From Eutreptiella sp. 'Long Island Sound 2002' (Eukaryota > Protista > Euglenida), in assembly GCA_964036045.1 (NCBI GenBank), contig OZ038378.1, positions 183,148,001 to 183,212,000 of the forward strand: a stretch of DNA of 64,000 bases. Direction: 5' to 3'. Position numbers and translations under genes: made by a program. Numbering within the stretch: the stretch's first letter is position 1; every line of letters begins with the position of its first letter. Under the pieces are notes generated by a model. That model had not been told where the DNA came from and searched no databases. It was given only the letters and a program-made list of their open reading frames with translations. Shown in pieces: positions 1 through 12,616 of this stretch.

Positions 1-2260
1 GCAACAAATCAATTGCTCCTTATGAATACATCTGGCACCAATTCCCAAAAAATGGTCCACATCAATCAACCCATTGTTTTGCTCTTAAATCTTACTTGTG
101 TCCCATACATGTCTACTCTCCCAAGTGCGGTGGCTAAGATCCCCCTCCCAACGACAACTCCTCTAAGAGGTTTACCAACCAACATAGAGGGCACATCCTA
201 AGACGAGGTGCAAGGTGTTTGCAAAATGTGTGGTTTCAGGGGCATCTACCTTGGAAGCTTTTGCCTACCAAGGGTCCACCAGGTGCATGTTCCAGAGAAC
301 AGTGCTTCATGACCCACACTTTGCCCATGCTTCATGTTGCCTACACTCTTTGTGCTCCTAGCACACCTGCTGCACTAGATCTGAAGGATATGTTGTGAGG
401 TGTCTACACCAATTGGTTCCAAGCAAGTGTACCCCACGCAGCCCTCGATGAACACGTGATACACCGTGCGGGGTCTAAATTTGGAGGCCAGCAATCATTG
501 GAGATATGAATGGGTTAATTTCCATGCGGTCTCGAACCACACCGCTTAGCATACCACTAAATTCTGGTACACACAATGAAAGGGCCTAAAAAGAAATGAA
601 AGGGCCTATTTTCGCCGGATCTGGATAGAAATGGGTCTATTTTCTGGAATGTTACTTCCAACCATTTCCCAATTTTTCTTGAAATTGACTTTAGGCAGAT
701 CCGGTGTTATATGTTTGCAAACCCGAATGTGCTTGTCATGCGCTTCTACCATGCTTACCCAATAAATGAAGTGCATGACCTCAACCTGGAGTTTCTTCCT
801 TCTACTGGCATGTATACCCTCTTCCCATCGCTATCACACATCCAGATTGTAGTGTGGGACGATTGTTTCATGTGTTGTTGCTATGATTTGAGGACCTCGC
901 TCTTTGCAACATGTAGGACGGTTTATTTTTGGAGTAAAAAGGGGTACCAATGGTCCTCAAAATTTGTATGTTCATTATGCCTATTCCGTTTCACCGGATC
1001 CGGCGAAGTGGTGTGGCAAGTGGGAACAAGTGGCCTTGAAGGCCAAGTAAACTGGTTGAATGAGAGTGTTGGTGCACTCACATCAATGCATTTGCCCCAT
1101 GTGTGCATAAAAAACCCATAGAAAAACAAGAAAATGGACAGAAATTGACCCACAAAACAATCAGGTTCAACAAACGGAGTGTTGCGCAGTCAGTCTGAAG
1201 CCTTACCAGAACAAGGTAAAAAGTCCCAAATTGCCGAAAGTGTTTTGAAAAAGCATAACATACCCCTACCTCTTGAACACCATATTGTGAGAAATTTGCC
1301 GACACTACAAAAACACGAGTTAGTGGACGGTTTAAACTCCCCATGAAAACACCTACATAGACATATCGTTACACCTAAGCAACAGGCCACAAGCAACAAG
1401 CAACAAACATGTCATCGTTCCATTTTGGCCAATACACCTTCCCAACGCTTCAGGCTCTACTCTACTCTCTCCTGCTTGTTCCACTTGTTGTGCTCCTCTC
1501 CTATCATCCCCTTCTTTTCTTAGCCATTAAGCTGTGATACCCTAATACCACCTCTTCTGTAACATGAACCCTGCAATTCTAACCTCTTTCAGCCCATCAT
1601 TAGCTAAATTGAGGTCACAGGGTCAAAGTTTACTGTTGCCGTGTGCTACTGCCCTGCCTGCCAATGCCATACCTTAGATGGCTCATCTGGCATACCCTTA
1701 GCCAGCTCATATTGTTGGATGAGCTGGTGTGGGAAATTGGCAATTCTGGACGAGAATAAATATCCTTGGTGGTGGTCTTGATGGACCCGCTCATACCTGC
1801 AGCCCCAGCACCCAAGTGTGTCTCATTACAGGGGGGCGCATGTGGGCTACCAGGGATCAGCTAGAAACAAAGGGAAAGCACCCTGGCACATACACATGGA
1901 AGTCAATGATTAGGAGACAGCCACACTGTCACCAAACGGACTGCTCAAACGGACAAACCCTGCTTTTCCAGTCTGTTTGCAATGGGAAATGGCACCGTGC
2001 CCCCACACCACGTCAAGCTATCCGGCTGCAAGAGTCTGATGGGGGGCAAAGAGGTGGGTATTAGGGTAGTAAGGCACGGAAAGTAGGCGGATTTGCACAA
2101 CGCAGGATAATGTAGGCAGGAAAATGTAGCGGGGCCCACCTGGGGTCTCCGACCTTGGCTGCTTGGATGAATGCACAAAACACAAGGCGAATGAAGACAC
2201 TTCTGAGCCCCTCAATTCACTGTTTCTCATCTTCTCAGTCTCTCTTGTTTTCAGTGTGTG

Positions 2261-2473
2261 ATGTCCGGGCCTGTGGGTTTGGTGGGTGTGTGTGGGGCCG
2301 GGGGGGGGGGGTCCCAGGACAATGCTCTGTTGAAACCCCTTTGAACAATTTGAACAATGATCAAAATGTCCCGGCCTGTGGGTTTGGTGGGTGTGTGTGG
2401 GGCCGGGGGGGGGGGGGGTCCCAGGACAATGCTCTGTTGAAACCCCTTTGAACAATTTGAACAATGATCAAAT
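2261..2473. repeat. Tandem duplication, 2 x ~105 bp, each with a G12-14 run
   Basis: ATGTCC(G/C)GGCCTGTGGGTTTGG...Gn-TCCCAGGACAATGCTCTGTTGAAACCCCTTTGAACAATTTGAACAATGATCAAA starts at 2261 and again at 2366. Confidence 0.9.
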
Positions 2474-3577
2474 TTGTAGCCCCGCCAAAGGCACCACCAA
2501 AAGAAATGAATCGAATCGAGATTTATTTGTTGATCGTGGTAATCACACAACACACACACACACACTTTTGGAGGTCTCTATGGGCAACTGCTGCTGGCTC
2601 CCTGTAGAATGTCTGATCTCCCATACCGTCATAGGGGATGTACTCCTGTGTTCCTTGAGTTTACCTTCCCCCCTCCCCACCATCATGCCAGCATTTCCAC
2701 CTGCTACTCGTCATACTGCCTAGCGCAGAGCATTGTCCACAAAGTCATCTTCCCCAATTATAGCATGGTCCGTCTTCACTAGAGTCAGCTTTTTGCACGA
2801 GAGGCAGCAAAAATATACAGATGGATAAGGGGATGTTACTCAAAAATAACAGCATAGTGTGTGGACCTAGGCGGGAAGAAAATTGGTTTGCGCGGGGGGG
2901 GAGATGGCACGGAAGCCCATTTTCCCAACTCCCCCCCCTCCTTGGTCGCCGTGCCGGGACGATTTCTAGGCTCACAAAGGGGGACTGTGGGGGTTCCTTG
3001 TACTTCCTGATACTTTTGGGTGGTGTGTGGATGGCTTGGAATCATATTATATTGGGTTGTGCCAGCAGGGGTGGTACTGCTGTTTGAGGTTACAAAAGGG
3101 TACAATGACCCCCGGTCAGTTCCGGCTGCCATGCAGCGCCTCACCCAGGCCTGTGAGTAATTACGCTGAAATAGTCAAGCAGTGTCATTTTTTTGGGAGT
3201 TTGGGCTTTGGGCTTTGGGGTCCTGAACTGTGACTTTCCCTTCAGGACATGGAATTTGAGACAAAGCCAAAGCCAAAGCTGCCAAAACAACATAACAAAG
3301 GGTCCCGGCACGGAAGCCCATTTTGCCAACCCCCCCGCCCCCCACCTTCTGAGGGCACCCGTGCCATCCCCCCCCCCCCCCCCCTGCAGAGAAATTTTCG
3401 GGTCGCCCTGGCAGGCAATCTGAGTATTTTGAGTGAGGGACGGAGACCCATAGCTTGTCATCCAAGTAGACAAACACACGGCATTCGCTACAGCTTCCAG
3501 GAGCTCCATTTACAACAGCAACAGCAGCTTCACGTTCTGCTGATACTCTGCCTCCACTGCTCTACTTTGAACGAACC

Positions 3578-4346
3578 CTACACTACACTGTCGAAACCAA
3601 ATCCTGCCCGAATACTCTGCACTCGCCGCTTGTCCAGCATCGCAGGCTCCCCAAAGATCACGTGCCAAAGGCGCTCCAGCATCGAGGCCTCCCATTTGCA
3701 GAGGGCCATATAGTTTTTGACCGTTATCCCGTGGCCACTGGTCGCGCGAAGGGGGGGCTCTGGGTCCAGGGACGGGCGGCAGGAGTGCGTGCCGCTGGAG
3801 CCATCCACCAGCGCATATGCCATCTGGAGCATGTGCACGCCCACAGTCGAGAGGCGCTGCCGAGTGATCACGAACTGCGAGCAGCAGTACGTGCCCAGCA
3901 TCTCGGGGCAGGCAGTGCTGCTGCCAAAGAGACTACGGAAGGTCCTCTGCAGGTCCTTGAGTCCGCGGGGAGGGGCACAGCCAGTCAAAATGTAGCGGGT
4001 CGTGAGGGGCAGGTAGACGTTCGGGGCCGGGGCGACCGCATCGGGCCTCTCAGCGCGGACAGTGTCCGCATGGAGCCGCGCGAGAATGCGGCCCACGTCG
4101 TTGATGGGCAGCAGCTGCCCGGGGCGCTGGGCGGTGTGCAGGAACACCACGATTTTGCCGAAGTCCCGCGTGTGGAGCATGTGATGCAGGAACGTATGGG
4201 CCTCGAAGCCGACGTTGGGCAGCGTGGACGCGTGGACGGCGACCCCGGGGCGGGCGCGCAGGTCCTCCAACTGGGCGTTGGCGTCGGTGGGCGGGCGGCA
4301 TTTCTCGTAAACGAACAGACGGATCTTGGACTTGAGGGGCAGGGCC
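3578..4346 (-). CDS. DUF3431-family protein, exon 2 (last exon)
   Basis: Motifs LFVYEK, PNVGFEAHTFLHHM, CCSQFVITRQRL and LERLWHVIFGEP match the DUF3431 pattern. Acceptor is cattctcag|G at 4347/4346. Splicing to exon 1 gives the in-frame reading ...QLFR-ALPLKSKIRLFVYEK. Confidence 0.8.
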
Positions 4347-7300
4347 CTGAGAATGATGTTGTGGTGGGCGCTATGCATACTTCGATTTGTACTTCGAGGG
4401 GGATGCCTTGTGTTGCGCGGGACACACGTTGCATTACATTGGGGACACTGTTGTGTTGCCTTCAGGCACATAACCTCCCTTCCCCTTGGCCCAGCACGGC
4501 CAACGTCCAAGGAAACGACGGTACCATGGGGATCACGTGATTAGACGAGGCAGCAGTGCAATACGAATTGGTTGACCTGAAACCCCGTCCAAACCTCACC
4601 CAGACTGGAGCTCTACAGCAGCACATTGCAAAGCCAGAGTTCACAAGAGGTTCTAAATATTGCGGCGGTCTTCATTTGTCATTGGGGGTATTGAGGACAA
4701 ATACATTGATCCCCAAAGGCAGACAGCCCAACAATAGTGGCATCCGCATGTTCCCCATTGGGTGGTGGCGACAGGGTTGCGTGCCTCAACAAAATGACCA
4801 GAAATGGGTTGCATTCTCAAGCCACAATGACCACAAGTAATCACAAGCATCAACCAGCCCCACCTTGCCAATACAACCAGCTCAAGCCGAAAATACTTTA
4901 GAAAATCAGGAAATCACGCAATCAAACTCCACGTGAGCAGGCCACTGAGCTGGTGGCAGTAGGTGATCGAAGCCAACTTGACATCCCAAGCCTCTGTTAC
5001 TGTTGGTCAGGCACTAACAATCTGGTGGGGAAGCCAACGTCTCATTAGACAGAGGATAGGGGGTAGACCGTGTGGACTGGTCAGTGCACCTTCCACTGTT
5101 TGTCTAATGCTCCAGTGTCATAGTAAGCGTTGCCTTGTGAAGGGCTGACAGACTGGAAGGGGAAGGACACCAAGGCTGCCAAGGGTCTTGGGGGTCAGGA
5201 GTATGTGCTGAAAGAAGTGTGATAAAACCACATTCGTCTTCCGCACGGTCTTGTGTCTACACCCATTCTGTGGGAAATACGTTGCTCTGTGTGCACATTT
5301 GTTGCTAGAACAAGGGCTCCATGGTCTCCTCACCAAAAAACTTTGGTTTTCTTTTGGGTAGAAAATCAGGGGAAACGGGAGAAGACAAGGGAAAATGTGG
5401 GGAGGGGGGGCGGAGGGAAACCATGGGAAGCCCTGCCTATGCCCATTCTTCGCCTCATATGGGGCTCAGCACGGAGTTGGGCAGGCCACATCTGCGGTTG
5501 AGCCTGGAAATGGTAGTAGCAAAGATGTGGAACATGAGGTGTTCTGACTTTTTTTGGCTTCTTTGTCCTCCGGAGGGCATCCCGGGAGTGTCCTCGTGGA
5601 GCACAGTGGGTCAGCCTATTGATAGTTGACTGTCTTGTGCCTTGCTCTTGTGTGCTTCACCTTTGCGTCTTAGAGCTGACTGGGCACTGAAACCGGAACG
5701 GGGAAAACCGGGGAAATTTGGAAAACCCCAAGGGGGGGGATACTGGAAAGTGGGGGAAATGGTTGGAAAGTAGTTCGTCTTTGGGGGGGGGGGGGGGTAT
5801 GACACCTTAGTGTGTTTTGGTCTGCAGCTGGCGGCGCCACTGACTGCCCTTCCCCTGGACCCTTTCCCTCCATAGGCGGTGGTGCCCATCAGCCTCTCAC
5901 TACACCGTGTCCTTCCTCTCCCTCCTTGGCCTATCTTTCCCTCTCCTGGACTGTCCCTATTTCAATGCTCTGTGTTGGGTCCACACAGTGGAGGGCTACT
6001 GCCCTCATCGTTGGCCAGATGGGTCCAAGCGGGCACCGAATACCGGCGGTGGGGAACCCCTCCCTAACGGCAGCTTTTGGGTCCTAGGATGTCCACTTGC
6101 AGGTTCAATTTCCCGACAGGGGCACATAACAACCCTCTGCCTGTCCATTCCCATGCTCAGTCCTTCTTGTGGCGAGCGCATCATATACCCTCTCCCCCCC
6201 CTTGTGTCCATGGTGTGTGTATTGTGTCTCCATTTCCTCCCGCGGCATGGGTGCCACCCAGTGCGGTGGGTGGTGGGTGGCGTAGGGTAATGGGTGGGGT
6301 TGGGTTGGGTGGGCGGTGCCGGTGCAAGCAAATCCGTGCTTGGCCGCGTTCTGTGTTCGGGGTAACAAACATCGGGGAATACTTAACCACGGCCTCCCCG
6401 CGGCGATGTTGTTGAACTTGTTTTTTTGGGGGGGGGAGGGCATGCAGTGGGGTCTGAGGTGTTGTCGTTTGTATAACCTTTCCGTTGCAATTGAGGTTAA
6501 CTCGCCCATCAGAGATATTGTGCTCCACATACTTCTCAGGTGATACTGCATTCAGCATTAGGTGTTGGCTAAGCGTTGAGCCTCTCTGAGGTACCGGCGT
6601 TTGTGCGGCAACTGAGTGTAGCAATCCAAATGACTGTAATAATCTATAAGAATGCCAGGTCCACTTGCCTAGCTAGTTGCCAATGAATGGGGCTGGCAGG
6701 ACCCAGAGTGCTTTTTCTCAAGGAAAAGGGTCGCAGGATTTCACTTGTTTTCTTTGACGGCGGCCCATGAAAAGCCAGCTATGTCTGACGATTGGTGTGT
6801 GCGAGCGCAAACTTGGGGGAGGTGAATCAATTCTATTGAGAAGGGCAAGCAAATGTTGAGGTCCAGATCTTTGTTGTGCAGCGGGCTGGCCGCAGAGCTA
6901 GCGAACTGGTCCCTGGCCCACCAACCCCCTGTAACGCGATAAGGAAATTTGGCCCTTGCATGGCAAGAGATTGAAAACTCCACCGTTAGCCGCACATCCG
7001 CTGTAATGTAGCAATGGTCCAGATGATTGTTCAACAGACAACAGCCTGTGTGAGGCACAGTAGCACGAGCCAGTGATGGACTGTGCGCCCCCTCAGTGTA
7101 GTTGAAATGTCCGTCTGGTAGCCTCCTCCGCAGAAGGTCCGACTGCAAAGGCCCAAGGTGAGGCAACCACCAGGCAGACTTCCGTTAAAGGAAAGAGGGC
7201 CGAGGCCATTTGCCAATTCAATCATTGCCCAAACTGCAAGGTGCAACTGGATGCAGCAAACTCTGCTGCTGTGGGGGGGGGGGGAACTCTGGCCCAAACA

Positions 7301-7457
7301 AACTGGGGGGAGGGGTGCCTTAGTGCTGCAAACAAGGGGATAGGGGTGGTGACATTCTGAAAACAAAGAGGTTTGGGTGCCGTTTGTGCCCTTTGTCCCT
7401 TTGCCCCTTGTCCCATGTCCACCTCAGGCCGGCAACTCTACCCGGACAATTGCACAC
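4347..7457 (-). other. Conventional GT-AG intron (3111 bp) of the DUF3431 gene
   Basis: Donor TTCAG|gtgtgc at 7458/7457 (phase 2) and acceptor ctcag|G restore the frame exactly (440 + 769 nt = 403 codons). Extra small exons inside cannot be excluded. Confidence 0.7.
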
Positions 7458-7897
7458 CTGAAGAGTTGCACCATCCAGCCCAGATCCTGCCCGCAGTATG
7501 ACAGCACAATGTCCAGATCGCTGTCTCCAGTCAGATTCAATGTTTTGGGCATTGTCAGTGGCGCAGCAGTCTGAGTTTTCGAGGAGGGCTGTGGCGCAGC
7601 ATCAGCCTCAGGCACTGGGACAGCGGGTGGAACCCAGGCAGTTGGCCGTGGAGTTCCATTATCAGTTGAGGGCAGTTCTGCTTGTGCGGGTGAAGGCGAG
7701 CTGGCTGCTACATGCCGTTCTGTGTCTGTCTCTTCACTGCTACCTTCAGAGAAAGCGAATCGAGGGCCAGCCACAGGCCAGACAGGAATGAGACCGGTGA
7801 GCACCAAAGGCGGGCCAACTAGATCCCAGGCATAGTACACAGTCCCACAGAGGAGGACCACAATACCCCAGCAGTAATGCCGCTTGACCACTGACAT
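7458..7897 (-). CDS. DUF3431-family protein, exon 1 (N-terminal TM anchor, Pro/Ser/Thr stalk, start of domain)
   Basis: ATG at 7897. Hydrophobic WGIVVLLCGTVYYAW, then a low-complexity stalk, then DLDIVLSYCGQDLGWM, which resembles the DUF3431 N-terminal VVA-x-Y-x-EDL-x-W motif. Type II membrane topology. Confidence 0.75.
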
Positions 7898-8348
7898 GGT
7901 GCAGGCATCACGAGACAAAATGGCACCTTAGAGAGTGGGTCGTTTGTCAGTGTAGGGGTGGGTGTGGGCCAGCTACCGATATTCAACCACACTGCGAGGT
8001 TCAAATGAAATTCAGCCAATTGAAAGTGTGTCAGAGGGGCAGACCAAATCGCATCGCTCGCCCTCACACATAGACTTGCCACTGCCTCTGCCAGGTCAGA
8101 CGTAATCAGCAGCAGCTGGGTCCCACTGAGTTGAAGATGGGCAGCAGCTGATTTTTACTGATCTCCAGGTGCAACTGGAGAGAAATCACTGAGTGGCATG
8201 TGGCGGCTGTGCACCACAAAACTGTACTATAGTATCACAGTGCTAATCAGCATCGGCGCCTTCGGCGCCTTGCAAAAAATTTCTTTGGCGCCTAGTATTT
8301 TCTATGCTTTTTGGGCCAGGGGAGGGGGGAATTGCAGGGGGGGGGGGG

Positions 8349-11300
8349 AGGGAAGGAAATCATATTAAGGAGCAATAGTCCATGGGGCTTCTACCCATTC
8401 CAGCCCCCAAACTCACCCAAGGGGCAAGTCGCGCGGGTTTCTGGAGAGCTGCTGCCCTGTATGACAAGAGGCTCCCCCCTCCGTCCTTTATGTTGCCTCA
8501 CGTGAGGCCCGTCCATGCTTCATGAGCCCCTCCGCGCTGTTGGGAGACAGAGCACCCTCCTGCATGCTGTACAGCATGGTGGAGTGTCGTGCATGGGGGT
8601 CACGAACCCATCCCTGGCCCTGTCGGGCCATGCCAGGCAATTCCGTGCAGAGACGCTGTGCTCCGCGAAGAGAGGGAAAGGTAAAGGGGTTAGGGGGCCA
8701 CTCCCCCACGGAGGGTGGGGTAGAGTACTGGACTTCGTACTGACCCATGTCCTCATCGCACTCACGATGAGTGCTGCCCGCTCGCGAGGCAGACATCACG
8801 CTCTCAAAAAGTGGCGCCAGCAGGGTGGGGGGCAGATCGGGGGGGGTAGAACACCGGACGGCATATTGTTGCACGTCCTCATCAGACGCACTCTGAGTGC
8901 TGTCCCTTCGCGGGGTAGACATGGCGCTCTCAAATAGGGGCGCCAGCAGGACGGGGGGCAGGTGAGGTGAATCCTGCTGTCGGTCAGACCCCCCCCCTGG
9001 TGTGCATGCGGGCGACCAATGCTCTGGGGACACGTGCCGCACTGAGTGCCAACTGGAAGTCACCGCCGGCGACCATGCCGGAGATGGCGAGAATTGCCCT
9101 GGCCTACTCAGCATCCGCGGAGACGGGGTGCTAGTTATGTTGAACCCCATCGGAGGGCCGGTGGGCAGGACGGCGGTGCGTGAAGTCCGCGCGTTGGGCC
9201 GTGGTTCCCTTCGGGGCTGTAGCGGTTGTGGCCTTGCTTGAGGCATTCGGATCTGCTGCAACATCCTTGCTATCCCCGGGGGGATGTCGCGTCCCTTTTC
9301 GTGTGGAGGCTGCTCCGGGCTTCGTATCGGTAGTGGGGTGCGCTGCCCCTCTGGGGTGCTTACCACCACTATGCGTGACGCACGCTCAGGAGTGATAGCT
9401 CCTGTGAGCTGTAGGTATGAGAGCGCATGCCTGGACATGGGGAGGGGAGCTCCGGCTGGGCTCCCGTGACGGTCTGGGGCCTCCAGGGCCGTATGTGACC
9501 GCGCATCCCCTTGCTGTAGCCGGGGTCGCTTGCGTCGTGGGCTCCCCGGCCGTTCTGTGACCGACTGTCGCCTTTTGACCCCTCGGGGCACCCGCGCAGG
9601 TGGTGCCCTACGCCGTGACTTCCTCGGCGCCGGGTTCCCTGACCTGTGAACGGATCGGGCCCTGGGAGCGCGTGTGCGGGGCACTGCGTGTGGCGGTGAG
9701 GACCGCGCGGGGCCGCATCTGGGCCCCGCTGTCGCTCGTCGGTAGCGTCCCCCGGTGTTGATGGGCTCAGATTCCCACGAGGACGACGAGGAGAAGACCT
9801 CCGGGGTAGAGGGCCCTTCCTCCGAGGTGTATTCCATCTGCACCGGGGGTGACGACGGCGACGGCGGAGCCCATCCTAGAGGTGCATCCGGGGGAGTTAG
9901 CGCATCTACGCGCTGAGACAGATCGCTGGGCGCTGCCGCTCGCCCCGCCGGCAGTGCCGCTTGGTGACTCGAGCCCACTGCAGCTACATCAGGTGGAGGC
10001 GGGGCCGCCTGCTTGGCAGGTCGGAGCAACCGGTAGGGCCGCGTGGGGGGAGCTCCAGGGTTGCGGTGTGCCGGAAAGTAGTCAGCCGCAAACAAAGTGG
10101 CGCTCTTCATCCCTCCTCCTCTGCCGGTGAGATGCCTGGGGGTGTGCATAGCAGGCAGCAGCGACGATGTGTACTTGAGCTTGGGGATGCGCTCCCTGAT
10201 GCTGGGGCTGGACTCCGTTGCTTCCCGCCGTTCCTTGGCCCGCTGGGCATTTCTCCGTCTCGTGTCCGGTGAGGGGGGCGGTGCCTGTAGCACAACCGTC
10301 CAGCGCAGCTCACAGTACTCTTGCAGGTTTTGTAGGAGTTTCAGCATGTCCGGGCGCCGTGTGAAGTATGGTCTCGCAGACACACCCACTACTGTGGGGG
10401 CCCCCAGTGGGACCAGGGAGGAGCATTTGGTAAGCACACCACCTGGTAGCACGGCCCCAGCCACGCTCAGCTTTTGCAAGGTCGCTAGGGCAAGCTTTAG
10501 AACCCTTGCCCTTTCTGGTAGCGGGAGGGCAGTCGCCCGATACACAGCCTGGGGTGAGGCCAGCAAGGTGCGCGCCGCGAAGCACTCAAAGTCCATCGCT
10601 AGCTCCATGAAGGAGACTTGCCCTTTCCCTGGTATCCAGACCAGCTCGTTGACCCATCGTAGCAGATTGTCACGAAAGTCGGAGTCCCACCGCCACTCTT
10701 GAGCTGCGGGTTGGCGAATCCGCAGCTTCTCCCTGTGCTCCGGCCGCGGTAGCGGCCCGATGAACTGCCACAATGGGTACCCTCTGCCTTGTTTCGTCTT
10801 AGGCTGGTCAAAGAGCTGCACATCTTCCCGGTGTGCCCGCGCCCGCAGAATTTGCAGCACCATACTATGAAAACCGTACATGAAGTCGTGCACCTGACCT
10901 TTGGGGATGCCGTGCGACAGGTGTTCCGGCATCAAGCCACAGATCCGTAAGCACGTGGGCCAACTACTGATCTGGTCTGATAGCCCCAGTGCCCTCGCCG
11001 TTCTCATAAGCGAGCGCCAGGCACCGGATCGATGCATGCCCCAGGCTGGGCAGGCCCACAAGATGTGTTCGTCGTCTTCTTCTTGTTGCCGCGAGCAGTA
11101 TGGGCATAGCGGTGTCGCCCTGAGGCCCCTCGCATGCGCCCTGGCAGCCGTCCATAACGCCCCTGTGAGCCAGCCCCGCAGCAGCGCCTTATCAAATTAT
11201 GTGCCCTCTGATAGAAGGACTTGACATGCCTCCCTGTCGAGGGCCCCTAAGATGCCTTGAAATTGTCGCGGTCGACGATCTTCCAGCGAGAGCAGGGCCC

Positions 11301-12583
11301 GCCGCCTGATGGAGTCCCGCAGGATATGCTTGAATTTGTCCTCGTTTATGAGCGTCATGTCTATTTCTTCGGGCACCCCGGGCACATTCCAGACCCACCA
11401 ATGATCCGCCTGCCTCCAGCCAAGGCTCTCCAACTCCAGGAGGGCTCGTTGAACCGGTCCTGATGTAGTGGGTCGTACCTGCGCTTGCCGAGCTTCAATG
11501 CACGACTGCACCACAACCTGAAGGGTGCCTGGCGTGCGCGCCACCGCGAGGAGCCAACATACCCTGTCATACGTGATTTTCATGTGAGGAGACACTCGGT
11601 GTCCCTGTACTAGCAGCACGAAGATGATCTCCTTCGCCCTACCTGGCCTCGAGGTGCCCCACAAACTGTGGAGCACTGCCGTCTCCAGACTCTGTAGATC
11701 CCTCCGGGATACCTCCGCCCCCGGGGTACCCCATAGGGCTGCGGCTTGTACCAGAGTGGCAATGATGTGCGTTCGCCGGCTGAAGCCCCCTTGCGCACCC
11801 CTCACTCTGGACAGCAGGTGTACCCCCTTGGATGTCCTCTTTTTCAGGAGCGGGCCAGTCCCCCTGGTCAGGCTGGTACGAATACCCACCCCCAGCGAGC
11901 GAAATTCAGCTTGGAGGGGGAGTGAGATCCCTTGGAGTACCGTGTATTTGCGAGCAACTTCCTTGGATTGTCGTACTTGTATGGACAGTGACTTCTTGGG
12001 GTTCACTTTTTGCAAGGTGAGAGCCAGCCACTCATCAGTGAGCTGCATCACCGGCGCCATGTATTGGCCCTCAGATCGCAGCGGATACGTGTCATCTGCA
12101 TAGCCCATGGACCCGACCTGGATCGTGCCCGCCTCTTGTGGCTGGGGTTGAGCGCCCCTGAGCTTCGCTGGGCTGGGGGGTGGGGACTCCTCCGATGCTG
12201 CCATTTCCTCTTCCACCAGCCCATCGCGTGCGGGCTCAGGTGCGGAGGAGGGGTGTGGCAGCTGCGATTGCTGAGGTGGAGGTGGAGGTCCATGGCCACA
12301 TGTGCATGGGTTGGAGTGTTCCCAATATTCAAACTGGTCAATCCCCGAGCCGAAGGTCTTCATGACGCACCTGCTCGGGGCCGGTGGTGGCCGAAAGCGG
12401 GACACTGCGGTGGACTGGGAGGGTTTACGTCTGTATCTCAGCTCCTTGGGCTCTTCCAGCTTGGGCGGTATGGGCGGCAGGCTGTGTACCGTCACCGAGA
12501 TAGCTCCTTCCAGCTCGTCCACGGCGCGCATCCAGACTGTGGTGAGCATGTTGATCATGAGTACGCTCATGGCGCACCCTTGC
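8349..12583 (-). mobile_element. 5'-truncated non-LTR retrotransposon (LINE-like), 4235 bp, flanked by a 17-bp TSD
   Basis: Direct repeat TTGCA+G12 at 8332-8348 and 12584-12600. Encodes RT motif B' (KQGCAMS), YADD (12102-12091), thumb region and a CCHC knuckle CPYC-x9-H-x4-C (11106-11050). Confidence 0.9.
8488..12582 (-). pseudogene. Retrotransposon ORF2 remnant (RT C-terminal half, CCHC knuckle, long tail) with one in-frame TAA
   Basis: Track ORFs 11197..12570 and 8488..11061 are in the same frame, separated only by TAA at 11199-11197 (...LLSEGT*FDKALLRGWLTGALW...CPYC...). About 1365 codons remain. Confidence 0.85.
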
Positions 12584-12616
12584 TTGCAGGGGGGGGGGGG
12601 ATCACAAGGGGGTTAT

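Noticed and set aside
4347-4510. N-terminus MDVGRAGP... of track ORF 3578..4510
   Set aside because: Lies upstream of a good acceptor, has non-coding composition, and is better explained as intron read-through.
3662-4540. 292-aa plus-strand ORF
   Set aside because: Antisense shadow of the GC3-rich DUF3431 exon; no recognisable motifs.
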